A stretch of DNA of 64,000 bases from Camelus dromedarius (Eukaryota). Below, in pieces: positions 25,926 through 38,240 of this stretch; position 1 is the stretch's first letter, and each line of letters starts with the position of its first letter. The stretch is taken from positions 12,586,001-12,650,000 of the forward strand of contig NC_087447.1 in assembly GCF_036321535.1 (NCBI RefSeq), given 5' to 3'. Position numbers and translations under genes: made by a program. The notes under the pieces were generated by a model, which saw only the letters and a program-made list of their open reading frames with translations, did no database searches and was not told the origin of the DNA.

Positions 25926-26614
25926 CTCTCTACTTTGTTACATTCATTCATTGTAACTTCATTAATGTTAGAAAATAGTATTTAAGATTATTAGCTTCTC
26001 TGTTGTCTCAACTGAAATTCTTAGGAAAGGAATTTTTTAAATTGGAAGAAATGAATTCAAATATATATATTTAACCAGTAAAGGACATACATCAGTTATA
26101 TATTTTCACAGCCATATTTTACAGAAGTATCTTGAATATTTGAGATACAATGTTGTTGTATGTTGTAATATTACATATAACCCTTTTCTCACATTTTAAC
26201 CCACTTCCTGCTGCTATTTATTAAGCAATGCTTTATTTTCCCACTAATTTGTGATGCTACTTCTCTGTACAATGAATGAATCTTTTTATTTCTTCTTTGA
26301 CCAATCTATAAGTATTTTAAGTTAAATTCTTGTAATTTATATAGATTTAAAACACGTTTTAATTCCTAGTAGAAAAATTCCATATTCATTACTTTTCCCT
26401 TTCAAATTTATCTCAGGAGAATACAAACCAGATATTTCTAGCTATCCAATATTTTCAACCCAGAAATTATGTATATAGTGGTTCAATTTATGAATTATAT
26501 GCATACATATACATAAAAACAAACAATTGAATATGGCCATATACATGATAAATATTTACTGTAAATTACTGGAAAATGTTCAAACATATTTTAGTATTTG
26601 TAGTATTGCTATAG

Positions 26615-26782
26615 ACCTACTGTATAGCACAGGGAACTGTATTCAATTTCTTATAATAACATATAACGGAAGAACATCTGAAACGAAAATACATATGTAT
26701 AACTGAATCACTTTGCTTCAGACCTGAAGCTAAGATTGTAAATTAACTACATGTCAATAAAAAATTTTTAAAAATTAAAATA
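26615..26782 (+). mobile_element. 5'-truncated L1 3' end
   Basis: CCTACTGTATAGCACAGGGAACT...CAATAAAA. 15-bp TSD GTAGTATTGCTATAG (26600, 26783). The paralogous site at ~15440-15465 is empty. Confidence 0.88.
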
Positions 26783-27728
26783 GTAGTATTGCTATAGTTC
26801 AGTCCCCAGATCCAAAGAGATGTATGGAATGGAGTCTTCAAGGAGGGCGGCTTAAGGATGAAATGTTACAGGTGACTTAATTTTTTTTTTGCCAGAAAGG
26901 TGGTGGCCTATAAATGAGGAGGAAATCATGTAACCTTGGGGCATTAATGCTGTTTATTTTTCAACATTTCTAAAAACATTTATTTTTGCACCATTCCAGT
27001 GTCCATAATGTAACATAGTTTTCCAACAAAGATATCTAAATACAGACTCCTATTCCTACTGGAATTTCCTTTTGCTAACAGCTGTCCTTCTAAAGAACTG
27101 ACATGCCCTGCATACCCTCAACTGTGAGTCACTTAGTCACTGAAAAAATTCCGTGTTGATCAGAATTGAAATAAATATGAAATATTTCAGCAATGTGAAA
27201 GGATGTCTCTCAGCTTAATAGCAGTGCAAGCAATTCACAATAAAAGTCACTTGAATTTGATCATAAAATAATTTAAAATTATCAGCACCCAACAAGTTGA
27301 CAAAAGGTTTTGCCACAAATAAGATAAAGTAGAGACAGTACCAAAATATAAGTTCATAGAAATCATTCAAATAACAACATGTTGAAGGCTATGAATAGAA
27401 AATTGATAAAAATTTCAAAATTTTAACATTAGTGAGTAAAACTGTTGGTAATAAAAATATGAATTAAATACTGCTTTGTGTATTATATTTAAGAGAGTTC
27501 AAAAAGACTGGCACTTTGGTACATTGGTAATGTCAGGAAAAATAATAATACATATTTTTTTCTAGAAATTAATTTAGCATTATGTTTTTAGGAGTCTTAG
27601 AAATGGACGCTTTTACTCAGTCTACTTTTCAGCATGTGCTGAAGGAATAGTAAGAAACGTGGGGTGAAGATTTTCATCATAATGTTAGTTTTATAGTTGA
27701 GATAAAAGAAATCATAGATACATTAATA

Positions 27729-27844
27729 GAGGCAGACCTCACTTTGCACGATCTCTTGTAACTGAAACTGGTGTAACCTGGAAATGTGTCTTTGCTTTGC
27801 ATGGATCTCTGTGACTGCAGCATGTTCAAAGTGAGGCCTGCCTG
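27729..27844. mobile_element. ~115-bp TcMar/Tigger-type MITE (unit 2 copy)
   Basis: TIRs GAGGCAGACCTCACTTTGCAC and GTTCAAAGTGAGGCCTGCCTG. Paralog of 16657-16770. Confidence 0.6.
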
Positions 27845-28221
27845 CATTTAATACACAGTTAGGCACAGACATGCGCAAATAGAACTGAGGCCCGCTCTAT
27901 GTAACCAGAACCCCTGGAAGGTTGTGCTGGCTGTGATCACAGAGGAGAGTTTAAATATTATGTGACATGTTTTGCACTAGAATGTATACAGACATTAAAA
28001 CGAAGAAGTTCCCAATTAAAAAAAGGACAATTCATTTTATATAGTATTTTTATGAAAAAGGAAGGGTACTTCAATATATACATTATGATAATTTTGTAAA
28101 ATACTAGAGTTAAGCAAAAATTAAAACTCATTCTTTTTATCTTATGCACCCATTTTCCATGATAAACAATTATTGCTTTATAAGCAAGAAAACAAAAAGT
28201 CCATATTTCCAAACACATCAA

Positions 28222-28374
28222 GGGGGAGAGGGTACAGCTCAGTGGTAGAGTGCGTGCTTAGCATGCACGAGGTTCGGGTTCAATCTCCAATATCTCCAGT
28301 AAAATAAATGAATAAATAACCTACTTACCACCCCCACTAAAAAACGGGAATAAAAAGAAATTAAAAAAAAAAAA
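28222..28374 (+). mobile_element. tRNA-derived camelid SINE (vic-1 type)
   Basis: GGGGGAGAGGGTACAGCTCAGTGGTAGAGTGCGTGCTTAGCATGCACGAGGTTCGGGTTCAATC (A and B boxes) plus an A tail. Absent from the paralog at ~17120. Confidence 0.9.
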
Positions 28375-30025
28375 CAAACTATCTATATCCCAAGATATAA
28401 AATTAAAGGATCTTTATTTATTAATGTTAGAATTGGAATATGAAAATAGAAAAAAAAACAGAGGCTCAAACTTGTTCTATAAAATTGTTGAACTGGATGG
28501 TCACTCAGGGTCCTTCTAAGTCAAGCTTCTATTATTTTTCTTTAAAAATATTGTACTTCTGGATAGGCTAAGCTCTTCAGAGGTCATCAAATCTATCTTT
28601 ATGTGTCTGTTAGGAGTGAGTGATGAGGGCCACTGACTGTCAATTTCTCTACCTACAATGTTTTAATCTGGAACCCCAATTTTTCTTTCATTCAGAAGTT
28701 TCCTTCTCAAGAGAAAGTTCCTCTGAATAAAGGCTCTTTTCTTCTTGAGATTAAAGATCACTATCATTGTAGCTAGCACACTATAAAATTGAGAAAAAGT
28801 GAAATAAATAAAAGTTGAGTTCCAACAAATTGTATCTGATGCATGAATGCTTTCTGCATTGCATTTATATCTGCAATATTCACACATGCACACAATCAAA
28901 TGAGACTCCCAAGACTATTAAGGATGTGGGGTAACTAGAGTTTTCATTGGCTGGTGTTGCTTTCTTATGAAATAAATGAAAGAAATATAACGACAATGAA
29001 TAAAACTGTGGATATCTTAATATAATAACTGATCACAAGTAATAACTTACAGATGTAAAGATCTTCCTAAAGAGGGAAAAATAAAACCCCTTAATTATTA
29101 AAACAAGGTGGTGAACTATATATGTCATATCAGTGTTGTTATATTATGCTTTTAAATAAAGATCAGTTCCAAAGAATATCAAGCAGTGTGAAATATGCTT
29201 ATGCTACAATTTAGTTGCGAAACACTAAAACCAAATTTTCATGCATATTAAACTAGCTGTTATTTTAAAATTGTTTGTGGCTAGAAATGAACTGAAAAGT
29301 GATGTGTAAAAAACTGATGTGTACAATTGTTAATATTGTAGGGACAAGATGATATAAATATCTTATTAAAGAAATGAAAATTCTAAATCAGGAATGGATA
29401 TCTCCTATTAATAAGGGTGTCTGTTTTGTTTAAAGAAAATGAAACTAATCATTGGGTTATTAAAATGTAAAATATCAGGTTTTTGGCTGAAAGAATAAAC
29501 ATATATGGGTTTCCATTCAAGCAAAGTAGACATAAAAATTCATCGAAGGTTCATTCAGAGCAAGCATAGAAAATTAGAGAAATGAGATTTTTCTCAGAAG
29601 ATAATCACATTTCATTAAGGAATATACGTAAGATATACCAGGGAAGAAAATCAGTTTCTTATTGAGGAAATTTACTACGATGTGCATCACTTTGCTGGTG
29701 AGAGCAGCTCAGGGATGCTCCATGTTGGTGACCTAGGGAGTGAAAGAGAGAACTTCTCTGCTAACTAATCAAGTGGAAATGAGTTCTTGAGTGACGCTAA
29801 AACCGTGAACAGCTGAATCGTAAACAGCTGACTTCTGCTGTTGTGTTTCTTGCCCACCATCATTTCCACACAACTTTGCCATTCTGTTTCCATAGGCTCT
29901 CACTCGATCCCAAGCTCTGCGTGCATCTAAACTATGATTGCTGTTCCAGAGAGTTGCATCCCAATGTTGGCAGAACCAACAAAGCATACTTTTGGATTGC
30001 TTTTGAGATTCTTTTTTTTTTTTTT

Positions 30026-31009
30026 TCATTGGGAAACAGTTATAATAGGGCTTTTCCCCATCGTACCAAGGTTTCTCATAAATACCCTTCTCAAAGCCTG
30101 TTTCACATCCTTGTTTCTCAGGCTGTAGATAAATGGATTCAGCATGGGACTCACAAAAATACAAAACACTGAGACAATTTTCCCTTGTTCAACAGATTGC
30201 TCGTTTGCTGGTCTCAGATACATGCAGAACAGGGACCCATAGAACATAGTGACAGCTGTCAGGTGGAGCCACAGGTGGAGAAGGCTTTGCGCTGCCCTTC
30301 AGTGGAACGGATCCTCGTGATGGTGATGAAAATGAAAACATAAGAGATGAGGATTATAAGGAGGGAACCTGTGAGGTTAATCCCGGCAGACACAAACAGG
30401 GCGGTTTGCTTTATGCAAGTGTCAGAACACGTCAACGTTAAGAGGGCTGGGTCCGCACGGTAGAAATGGTTGATGACGTTGGATCCACAAAAGGACAAGT
30501 GAGAGGTCAGTATCACCTGCATTGTGGCCACCATGGACCCCCAGAGGTAGGGGAGGGTGACCAGGCAGATGCAGAGTGGCCTGGACATTCTGCTGTTGTA
30601 ATGCAGGGGGCTGCAGATGGCCATGTACCTGTCGTAGGCCATGGCACCAAGCATGTAATACTCAGTAAGGAGCAGGGTCACAAAAAACAAAACACTGGGC
30701 CAGACACCCCGTGTAGGAAATGGTCTTCTTCTCAGATAAGAAGTGCACAAGCATCTGAGGAGAGACATTCGTAGAATAAAACATATCTACGCACGCTAAA
30801 TGGGTGAGGAAAAAGCACATGGGGGTTTGCAGCTGGGGAGTGAATCTGATTAATAAAATCATCCCAAGGTTCCCGGCCAGGGTGACGAGGTAAATCAGGA
30901 GGAAGACCCCAAAGAAGACGGGCTGCAGGTCTCGGTGAGTGGTCAGTCCCAGCAGAACAAACTCGGTGGCCTCGGTGCCATTGCACTGGGGAAATAGCTT
31001 CATTTTCAT
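30026..31009 (-). pseudogene. OR5M13-like full-length pseudogene (two frameshifts)
   Basis: Three ORF pieces (30662-31009, 30259-30768, 30026-30247) tile a complete OR. There is a +1 T in the run at 30682-30687 and a -1 C at 30265-30266, plus PMY>PMC and HFYC>HFYR substitutions. Confidence 0.9.
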
Positions 31010-31759
31010 ATTCTCTATTAAGAGAAGAATAATTTTTCACATGTAAAAAAGAGAAATGAGTTGTGTGCAATTCAAGAATAGATAAAAATGAATCAGCACC
31101 CCAAAAAACTGGTTTTGAAAAGAGAGGTTTCAATAAGTTGTTACCTCCTTCAGAGATGGAGGAGTTTCAGCAGGTGCTTCCCGCGGTCGGTGGTGCTGGT
31201 TAAACGGGACAATGTATTTGATAAACATACTTTGAAGTCCATGTACCACCTGTGCTGGCTGCTTTGCAACACCCACCTTACCTCGCCTAACACATCTGAA
31301 TCTGAGTTGGCTCTTTCGTGTCCCTCTTTGGAATCAGAACCTCAGATGCTCAAACATAACTACCACCATTGTCTGACCATGACATCAGTGCTCGATCAGT
31401 GAGGGAGTGGAGGGGGTGACTGGCTTTCTAGAGATTGGTTCTATCATTGCCAGTGCAAGCACACCTGCTGTAACTGGAGTGGCATATACTCCTTGAGAGC
31501 CTCGTTGTGTATTTATTCAGATTCAGTTCTTCCTGGATTTCTTACTTATTCTCCAACAGCAATCAACCTCTTGGGTCCTTTGAATTTCTCTTCATCCCAT
31601 CACCTTTGTTTCAAACCAACAATTGATGGTCTGCATTTTTCTTCCCCCCGTACTCCCTATGATCTCACTGATCTCTTTGTATCCCACAAAATCCCAATTT
31701 ATTTTGTATTATATATTTAATATTCATTGTATTGTATATTTAATATTCATATTTCAGTT

Positions 31760-32555
31760 AACCTCATACCTTTGACTTCCCACCTTCCATCTAAACTAGC
31801 TGGAAATCTCTGCTCTACTTCAGCACCTTGCCTGTTGAATCTTAGAACAGCTTGTCAGCATCTCCTCCACTACCAGTCTGGTCTAAGATGAAATTATCTC
31901 TTGCCAAAGCTACTGTTAATGATTTTTCTCCTTCCAGGTTGAAACTTCCTATCCTCCAACACAAGCCACTGATCTTGTTATAAACATAAATCCCATCCTG
32001 TTAGTGACCTAAAGTGGTTTGCTAACCTTCTATCACACTTGGGCTAAAATCTTCACTTTGTACCGGGATCCACAAGGACTTATGTGATCATTTCCATCAC
32101 TCCAAACACTTCCACCACGTTCCCTTCAGTCCTTTTTTTCCTGCCACAGTGACCTTCTTGGTGTTCCTTGAACATTCCTGCCTCAAGCCTGGGCACACAC
32201 TGGTCCCTCTGCCTAAAATGCTCTCCCCTCAGACCTGTAAGTCACTCATTCCATCACTTCCTTTAGCTTTCCCTTCCAATGGCACCTACTCTGAAAGGCT
32301 GGCCTGACCGCTTGTCTAGGTGACTCCGTTTCACATAGCTCTCTCACCATGAACTGTGATCTATTTTTTCTCATACCATTGATCACTTCTGAAGTTATTA
32401 TTTACTTATATAAATAATTTGTAGTTTCATATTTTGTCTGCCCCTCCCAATTTTAGAATGTTAGGGACTTTCTTTGGGCCACATCCCCAGAATTTGGGCA
32501 AATGTCTGAATCGTGGTCAATGAGCAGGATCCATTAGTTGAATGAATCGATGGAG
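31760..32555 (+). mobile_element. L2a 3' portion
   Basis: ACTACCAGTCTGGTCTAAG..ATTATCTCTTGCC, CCTCTGCCTAAAATGCTCTCCC and a terminal GTTGAATGAAT repeat. Confidence 0.7.
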
Positions 32556-33249
32556 CGAGTAATGTACTCTTTTCCACTCACATCACCTGATTTGTCCTGG
32601 TATGTGGATTTCTTACTCCCCTGATGTTACCAGTGGAGACTGAGTTACTTACTGCAAACGACAATGCAAATCTGCTTTGATCATTACGGAGGGAGCAATG
32701 CTGTCAGTTTTCAATGTAATACTGAATTGAAAAAACCTAACAGAAGCCTTTCCAGATGAGGAAGGAAAGGTGTTCACATATTTTTTCCTTCTCACCTTTA
32801 GCCTTACACTCATCCAAATCCCTTTAAATTTTTCTCTTAAAAATAAATGTCTGAAATCATTAAAGGCATATGGAGTGGGAGTGTATTTTCTTGTAGCAAA
32901 TTTTAAGGTTATAGGCTTGGAGAAGGAAAACAAGTTAAAAGAGAAATATACCTTTAAAATTCCCCGAATTAGCTAAAGCCCCACATCTAAGCCTGCTCTT
33001 CATCTTAGCTGTGTTGGGAAATGCATCTGTAACTAAGGTCTGGAGCGGTGGTAAGGCCTGCCTGACCTCCTGATACATCACAAGTCACCTGCTGTCTTTG
33101 GCAGAAGGAGTCTGGGCTTTGTCTGCTTCCTGTTTGGTCCCAATCTGGCAATTCTTATAGTCACTACTAATTTTATTTTGTGTTCCAAAGAAGAAACAGT
33201 GAGAAAACAAGCAGTATTTCTTATGAGTTCTTGATTTTCAGAACGGTCA

Positions 33250-33445
33250 GACTTACCTGTGGAGAATAGTGATTTCTTAGCCTCCATGAAGGTCCACAAA
33301 TAGGAGGGTTTATATCTGAATGGGATCCAGCCCTGAAGCATTCATCAAGATATCACCCATGGGACGTCATTAGAACTCCCTCCAGAGGTGCTGACGAAAG
33401 TCACATCTTAATGAAGCGGATCTTAATTTATGGGTTAATCATTAG
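33250..33445 (-). promoter_or_regulatory. Candidate OR promoter (O/E palindrome + three TAATGA + TATA + splice donor) for the OR5M13-like gene
   Basis: CCCATGGG (33356-33363). TAATGA or its complement at 33367, 33409 and 33439. Minus-strand TATAAA (33309-33314) and CAG|GTAAGT donor (GT at 33255-33256). Confidence 0.6.
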
Positions 33446-35370
33446 ATGTACACAGTGTCTTTTAGAAAATGCAAAAACACATCATATTGATTTTGATACT
33501 GAAAGTAGTTCTTGGGCAGATAAAAAGCTATTCCTCTCTTTGTACTAAAAGATCTCTGCCATGTGTCTGCGTACCTTATCCTCAGCTGGGATAATGTTTC
33601 CCTCGTCTGAGTGCCCACTGTTGGTTGTCTCTGCCTCTCTTGTGGTCCATGCCTCCTTTCATAACTTTTCTATTTCTTTTAAGGACAGTAATTGTCTAAG
33701 GACAAAATTAACACCAATTTCATCTGCTATCCCCAGTAGCGATCTGTAAATATTTTGAGTGCACATTTAATCTTTAAAGAAGAGTTACTGAATAAAAAAA
33801 TAGTGATGCTAGGCAGAAAGTTGTGAATTCATGGACTTTCGTGTAAACAGTACATTATCCCATTTTTGCGAGTAATCTAAGAACATTACATCTTGTGAAT
33901 TAAAACACAGGAAATCAGTTTTTTGACCCTCAGATCCAACTGAAAGATCAGTTTAAATGAAATTAATTCAAGTAGACATTAGCATAGACCACTTATACAA
34001 AGATATTTTAATTCATGACTCCTGATATATATTAACTCACATAGTATTTCTTCTTTAGGTCTTATCTGCATTAGTGCTTGAAATTAGAGTCAAGTCCTAG
34101 TATTTCTGACCAGATGTATACTAATGCTATTATAAATTAAAAAAATAATGCAATAATATTATAACTTCCATATGATTAAGCCAATCTTCCTCTCCCTAAC
34201 TCCATCTACCATTCATTACTCACATGAAAAAATGTAGATTATTACAGAAAAAAATAAACAGCAATAAGTCTTGCCTTTGGGCCTAGGCATACTAACAATC
34301 CATTAAAAAAAGGATGATGTAAGGCCTTAGGAGAGCTCTCTGAGCCTGGCTGTCCCACACTACTTGCCGGAGGCCTGGCCCTGAATCAGTTTGGTGGGCA
34401 GCCACAGCAAAGTAAACTTTAGGCTCTCTTAGTAGTTCATACTTGGACCTGAGTTAATGCTCCCACAGTTTCTTTCATTTCCATGGGGCATAAACAGCAC
34501 CCAGGTTTCCAAAATTCCACATCTCCCTAATAGAGAAATAGGCAAATAGCTAAAATGTGGTGACTGGTACAGGTGCACCAGCAGAGCTGAGTACCCACAG
34601 CAGACATCCTGGGCCAGGACTCATGATGTAGACAGAGCAGACCTAAGCAGGGTCTGTAATTCCCTGAAGAGCCAAGATGCAGCCGGGTCAGCAGGGAGGG
34701 TCAGCAGGGGAGATCAGCAGGCCCTGTCCAGCCCAGAGGGAACAGTGACCCCAAATTGCACTGGTCCTGGCGGCCGGCAGCAGAGCAGGCGGTAACCATC
34801 CATGTCAGAGACCAAGAGGGACCCGAGAGAAGCAGGAAGGTAATGAGTGCAGATCAAAGCCTCCTTTCCGGTGCCAGGAGGCCTCCTCAGTCACATGAGG
34901 GGAAAGACGAGACTATGAAGGGCTGGCCATTGCCTTGCAGGGAAGGATCCACCAAAAGAGTTTATTTAAATTATTGACTAAGTCCAAAGTTGCTCTTTAA
35001 AAGAAAACCATACTTCACAAGTTCATGTATGTAATTATACCTTGACGTAAGGCCCAAGGTAATATGATTAAAGACATTGGTTCATTAATATTTTTTTCTG
35101 AAAAGATGAGTGAAATATACAAAATTTTTATATACTAGTTCCCATGAACTTGCAAGGAAGAAACAAAAGCTCTTGGGCAAAGATCTTGCAGGTTAGGGGG
35201 AAAAAAGTCCACGTCTCAACAAACCTACTGGACAAAAACTATTTTCAGAATGACAAAATAAAGAATTTGAAATGGATGAAAGCACTCCTATAATATAATT
35301 TATTCATAGTTTATAACACTTGGGCCTAAATACAGGCCACTGTTAAATCCTTCATTAAATATGTTGGTTA

Positions 35371-35438
35371 GAAGAAATTATGTTTCAATGGGTAGTGAAG
35401 AAATTATGTTTCAATGGGTAGTTAAGAAATTATGTTTC
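35371..35438. repeat. 26-bp tandem repeat x2.6 (GAAGAAATTATGTTTCAATGGGTAGT)
   Basis: Read directly. Confidence 0.9.
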
Positions 35439-38137
35439 CTCATTAAAGTGACATATTGGGTTCATTACAGAAATTCGAATTTGCTCACTAATCTTATGAT
35501 AATTGATGTGTTGAGATGGATTTGCAGATGTTTTTACAATCATCTTCAACCTTATAATCTCAGATACATGCCCTTGGTAGTCTCCATTATCTTGGATTTT
35601 CCTAAATTCAGGTTGAACAAATAGAACTAATTGGTTTTATAGTCAATTCACTATTAAAAAGCACACTTTAAAAACTTGTTTTACCATCTCTCTGCTCAGC
35701 TGGATTGGACTCCTGTGGAAGAGCAAAGCACTTCCAGAGATTTTCAAGCTACATTTTCACATTTTGTTTACCCTGTCTGGAGATGGAGCACATGTATTTG
35801 CAACCCTCTTAGCATGACAGCTGGTATCCTCTGCTGAGTGCTTATCAGGTAGCAGCCACGAGTGTGCCAAGTACTGAGAAATGGTTGTACACATGCATTG
35901 CCACGGAAAGACAAAGTTTATTGAACACTTGCAATGTCCTTATGATACAGATATTGTAAAGTATTTCTTACAGATGAAATACCTGAATATCAGAAAAATT
36001 AAGTCAATTATTCCTAGAGCACAGAGCTAGGTTTCGAATCAAATACTGCTGTCTTAGGTATTTCTGGGCTGGCTCTGAAAACACTCCAAAACATAACAGT
36101 AAGTTATGTTTCAGAGTTCTTAAAATTCAGGAATATATGTACATATATTCATTACATATACATATACTTATATATAAACATATGCATTATATAATATACA
36201 TTATAAAATATATTATTATTTCTATACATCCAGGCACAAAGGACTGGTACTAGGCTGACAGTGTGCTGGCAGTGGATGAGATAAAAGGTGGGCAGAGCCA
36301 TTACTTGCTTTTCTTGCATCTTGCAATTCCAGGTCATAGCACTTCATAAAGTTGAAAGTTTTACTTAAGAAATGAATTAATAAAAGTTGGTAAGCTTTTA
36401 AGAAAAGAGACCTCCCAATACTGTCAAAGTAACATTGCAAATTTCTCTGAGGTTACTTTTAATTGCAGGAATTCCTTCCTTCTCTTCTTACCTCTCCTCC
36501 TCCTCCACCTCCTACACTTCCGTCTTCTCCTCCTCTTCCCCATCCTTCTTCTTCTTCTTCCTCATGTGGAAAAATCTGATTCTTTAGATATTTAAAAAGT
36601 CAACAAGGTGACATCTGGCTATGGGAGGTGTGGGAATGAGAAAAGGTCATAAAGGATGATGGAGACTTCTGGAATGCACACAGGTGAAAGGAGTTGCCAC
36701 CTGTGATAAAAAGGGTTGATGCAGAGGTTTTTAAATGACTTTGGAGGGAAAGAGACTGAAGGACATTTCTGGTTTCTCTCCATCGACCCCCACATGCCTA
36801 CTGTGGTAGGGCGAATGGAGGTTGGTGAGATGATGAAAAACATCATTTGCAGCTGCCTGGCTGTCAGCACAAGACATCCTCTTCTCTGTGTGACTGACAC
36901 ACGTGTGTCATCTCAATCAGATGTGCTGATGTGTCATGGCTCTGGAGAGGGAAGCAGGCAGTAAGTTGTCTCACTGCTCTGCTGTGCCCGGGTGACTTCC
37001 ATTCAGAGGAGAGGGGCAGGAAAGCATGTCTAAGCCACGTTCTGAAATCCGGTTTTACCTGCAGTGATGCCAGTAATATTAATATCTGACTCCCCTGGGT
37101 AGTGTTCCGCCGAATCAGGAGCCAGAAGGAGGGTGATTCAATGACCCCTTTAACCTCCAACAATGGTGGAATCAGGAATATCTCAAACTTTAACAAAAGG
37201 AATAATTATTATTATGATAATGACTATTACTGCTCCAACTTCCACTGCGACATTTATTGAGTAACTACTATGTCCCATCTAGCCTGAGTCCGGGACACGA
37301 CATAAAATAAAGTGCTACTCAGATGGTGTAACTGAAGGGAATTTAAGGAAAAGACAGAGAATCAGTGAAAGAAGTGTTAAAGAACTTAGTCAAAGACTTA
37401 AGCACCTGGATGCTGATTGCAGAAGGCAGTTTCCACCGTAACCCTGAAGTGGTCGGGGCGGGGGCAACTGTCTGGAGTCCAGTGAGGACCAGAACCAGGA
37501 AGAGCCCCGGCCGCCTTCTTCTCAACACACAGCCCAGCAGGAGATTCCTTGGAAGGACGCAGCTACTCCAGCACCTTCGTGAGAAACTGGGAGAAAAGGA
37601 AAGGGCAGTTTGGCTACTGTTCTCTTCCTCCCACCTCTGAAGTGCTGGCCAAAGTCAGCTGGAAACAAGACAACAGGTCTGGGTGGGGCAGGCTGACAAA
37701 GGAAGAATCACCAGCATGTTTATATTACCTGAATACCCACAATGTCTCCAATGCTGTGCATTATAATGCCTATTAAAAAATGAAGAGCGATGCTCAGGAT
37801 CAGGAAATAACCAGTTCCAGTTCAACAATAGTTCATTGATCGCCAACAGTTTTCTAGACTCCAAGACTTACTCCCCACACCATGCTCTATTCTACCCTTT
37901 GTAAGAAAGAGAACTTAATAGTTCCCCCAAGTCAAGTCTCCAACTATCGAGGCACTCAGGCATTAATTAAAATAAATAATGAATCCCATTGTTTCAATTT
38001 CAGGAGATTTGATCTCTTGATGATATTGGGGAGTGGCAAAAAAAAAAAAAAAACAACTGTGTTCTCAATCAGGTTATAATTTAAGAAGAATAAAACAGTG
38101 GTGGTTGTTTATAATCTGAACGACCGTCTGCTAGAAA

Positions 38138-38240
38138 TAATTGCACCACGGGGAGCTGGTCCCTCTATGGTTCTGCTATAAACTCCTCTGTTCTTCCCAA
38201 CCACGCTGTCTTTGGGAACCACTCTTCTTTCACAGGTAGG
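38138..38240 (+). promoter_or_regulatory. Candidate promoter and first exon of OR5M12-like
   Basis: TAATTG (38138) abutting CACCACGGGA (O/E-like), then TATAAA (38177) and CAG|GTAGGA (GT 38236). Acceptor AG at 39342-39343. Confidence 0.5.

Larger units (their letters stand above)
20873..30690. repeat. Tandem segmental duplication, unit 2
   Basis: Collinear with 10540-19436; see unit 1. Confidence 0.9.

Noticed and set aside
28222-28295. tRNA-like sequence with A and B boxes (also in the other two SINEs)
   Set aside because: These are SINE heads with tails, and TSDs in two of the three; not tRNA genes.
35371-35438. Short direct repeats (also 13505-13544, 16264-16310) as possible array elements
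   Set aside because: No spacers and only 2-3 copies; simple slippage duplications in a mammalian genome, not CRISPR-like.
36895-36910. Perfect 16-bp palindrome TGACACACGTGTGTCA with an E-box
   Set aside because: About one such palindrome is expected by chance in 64 kb (64000/4^8).
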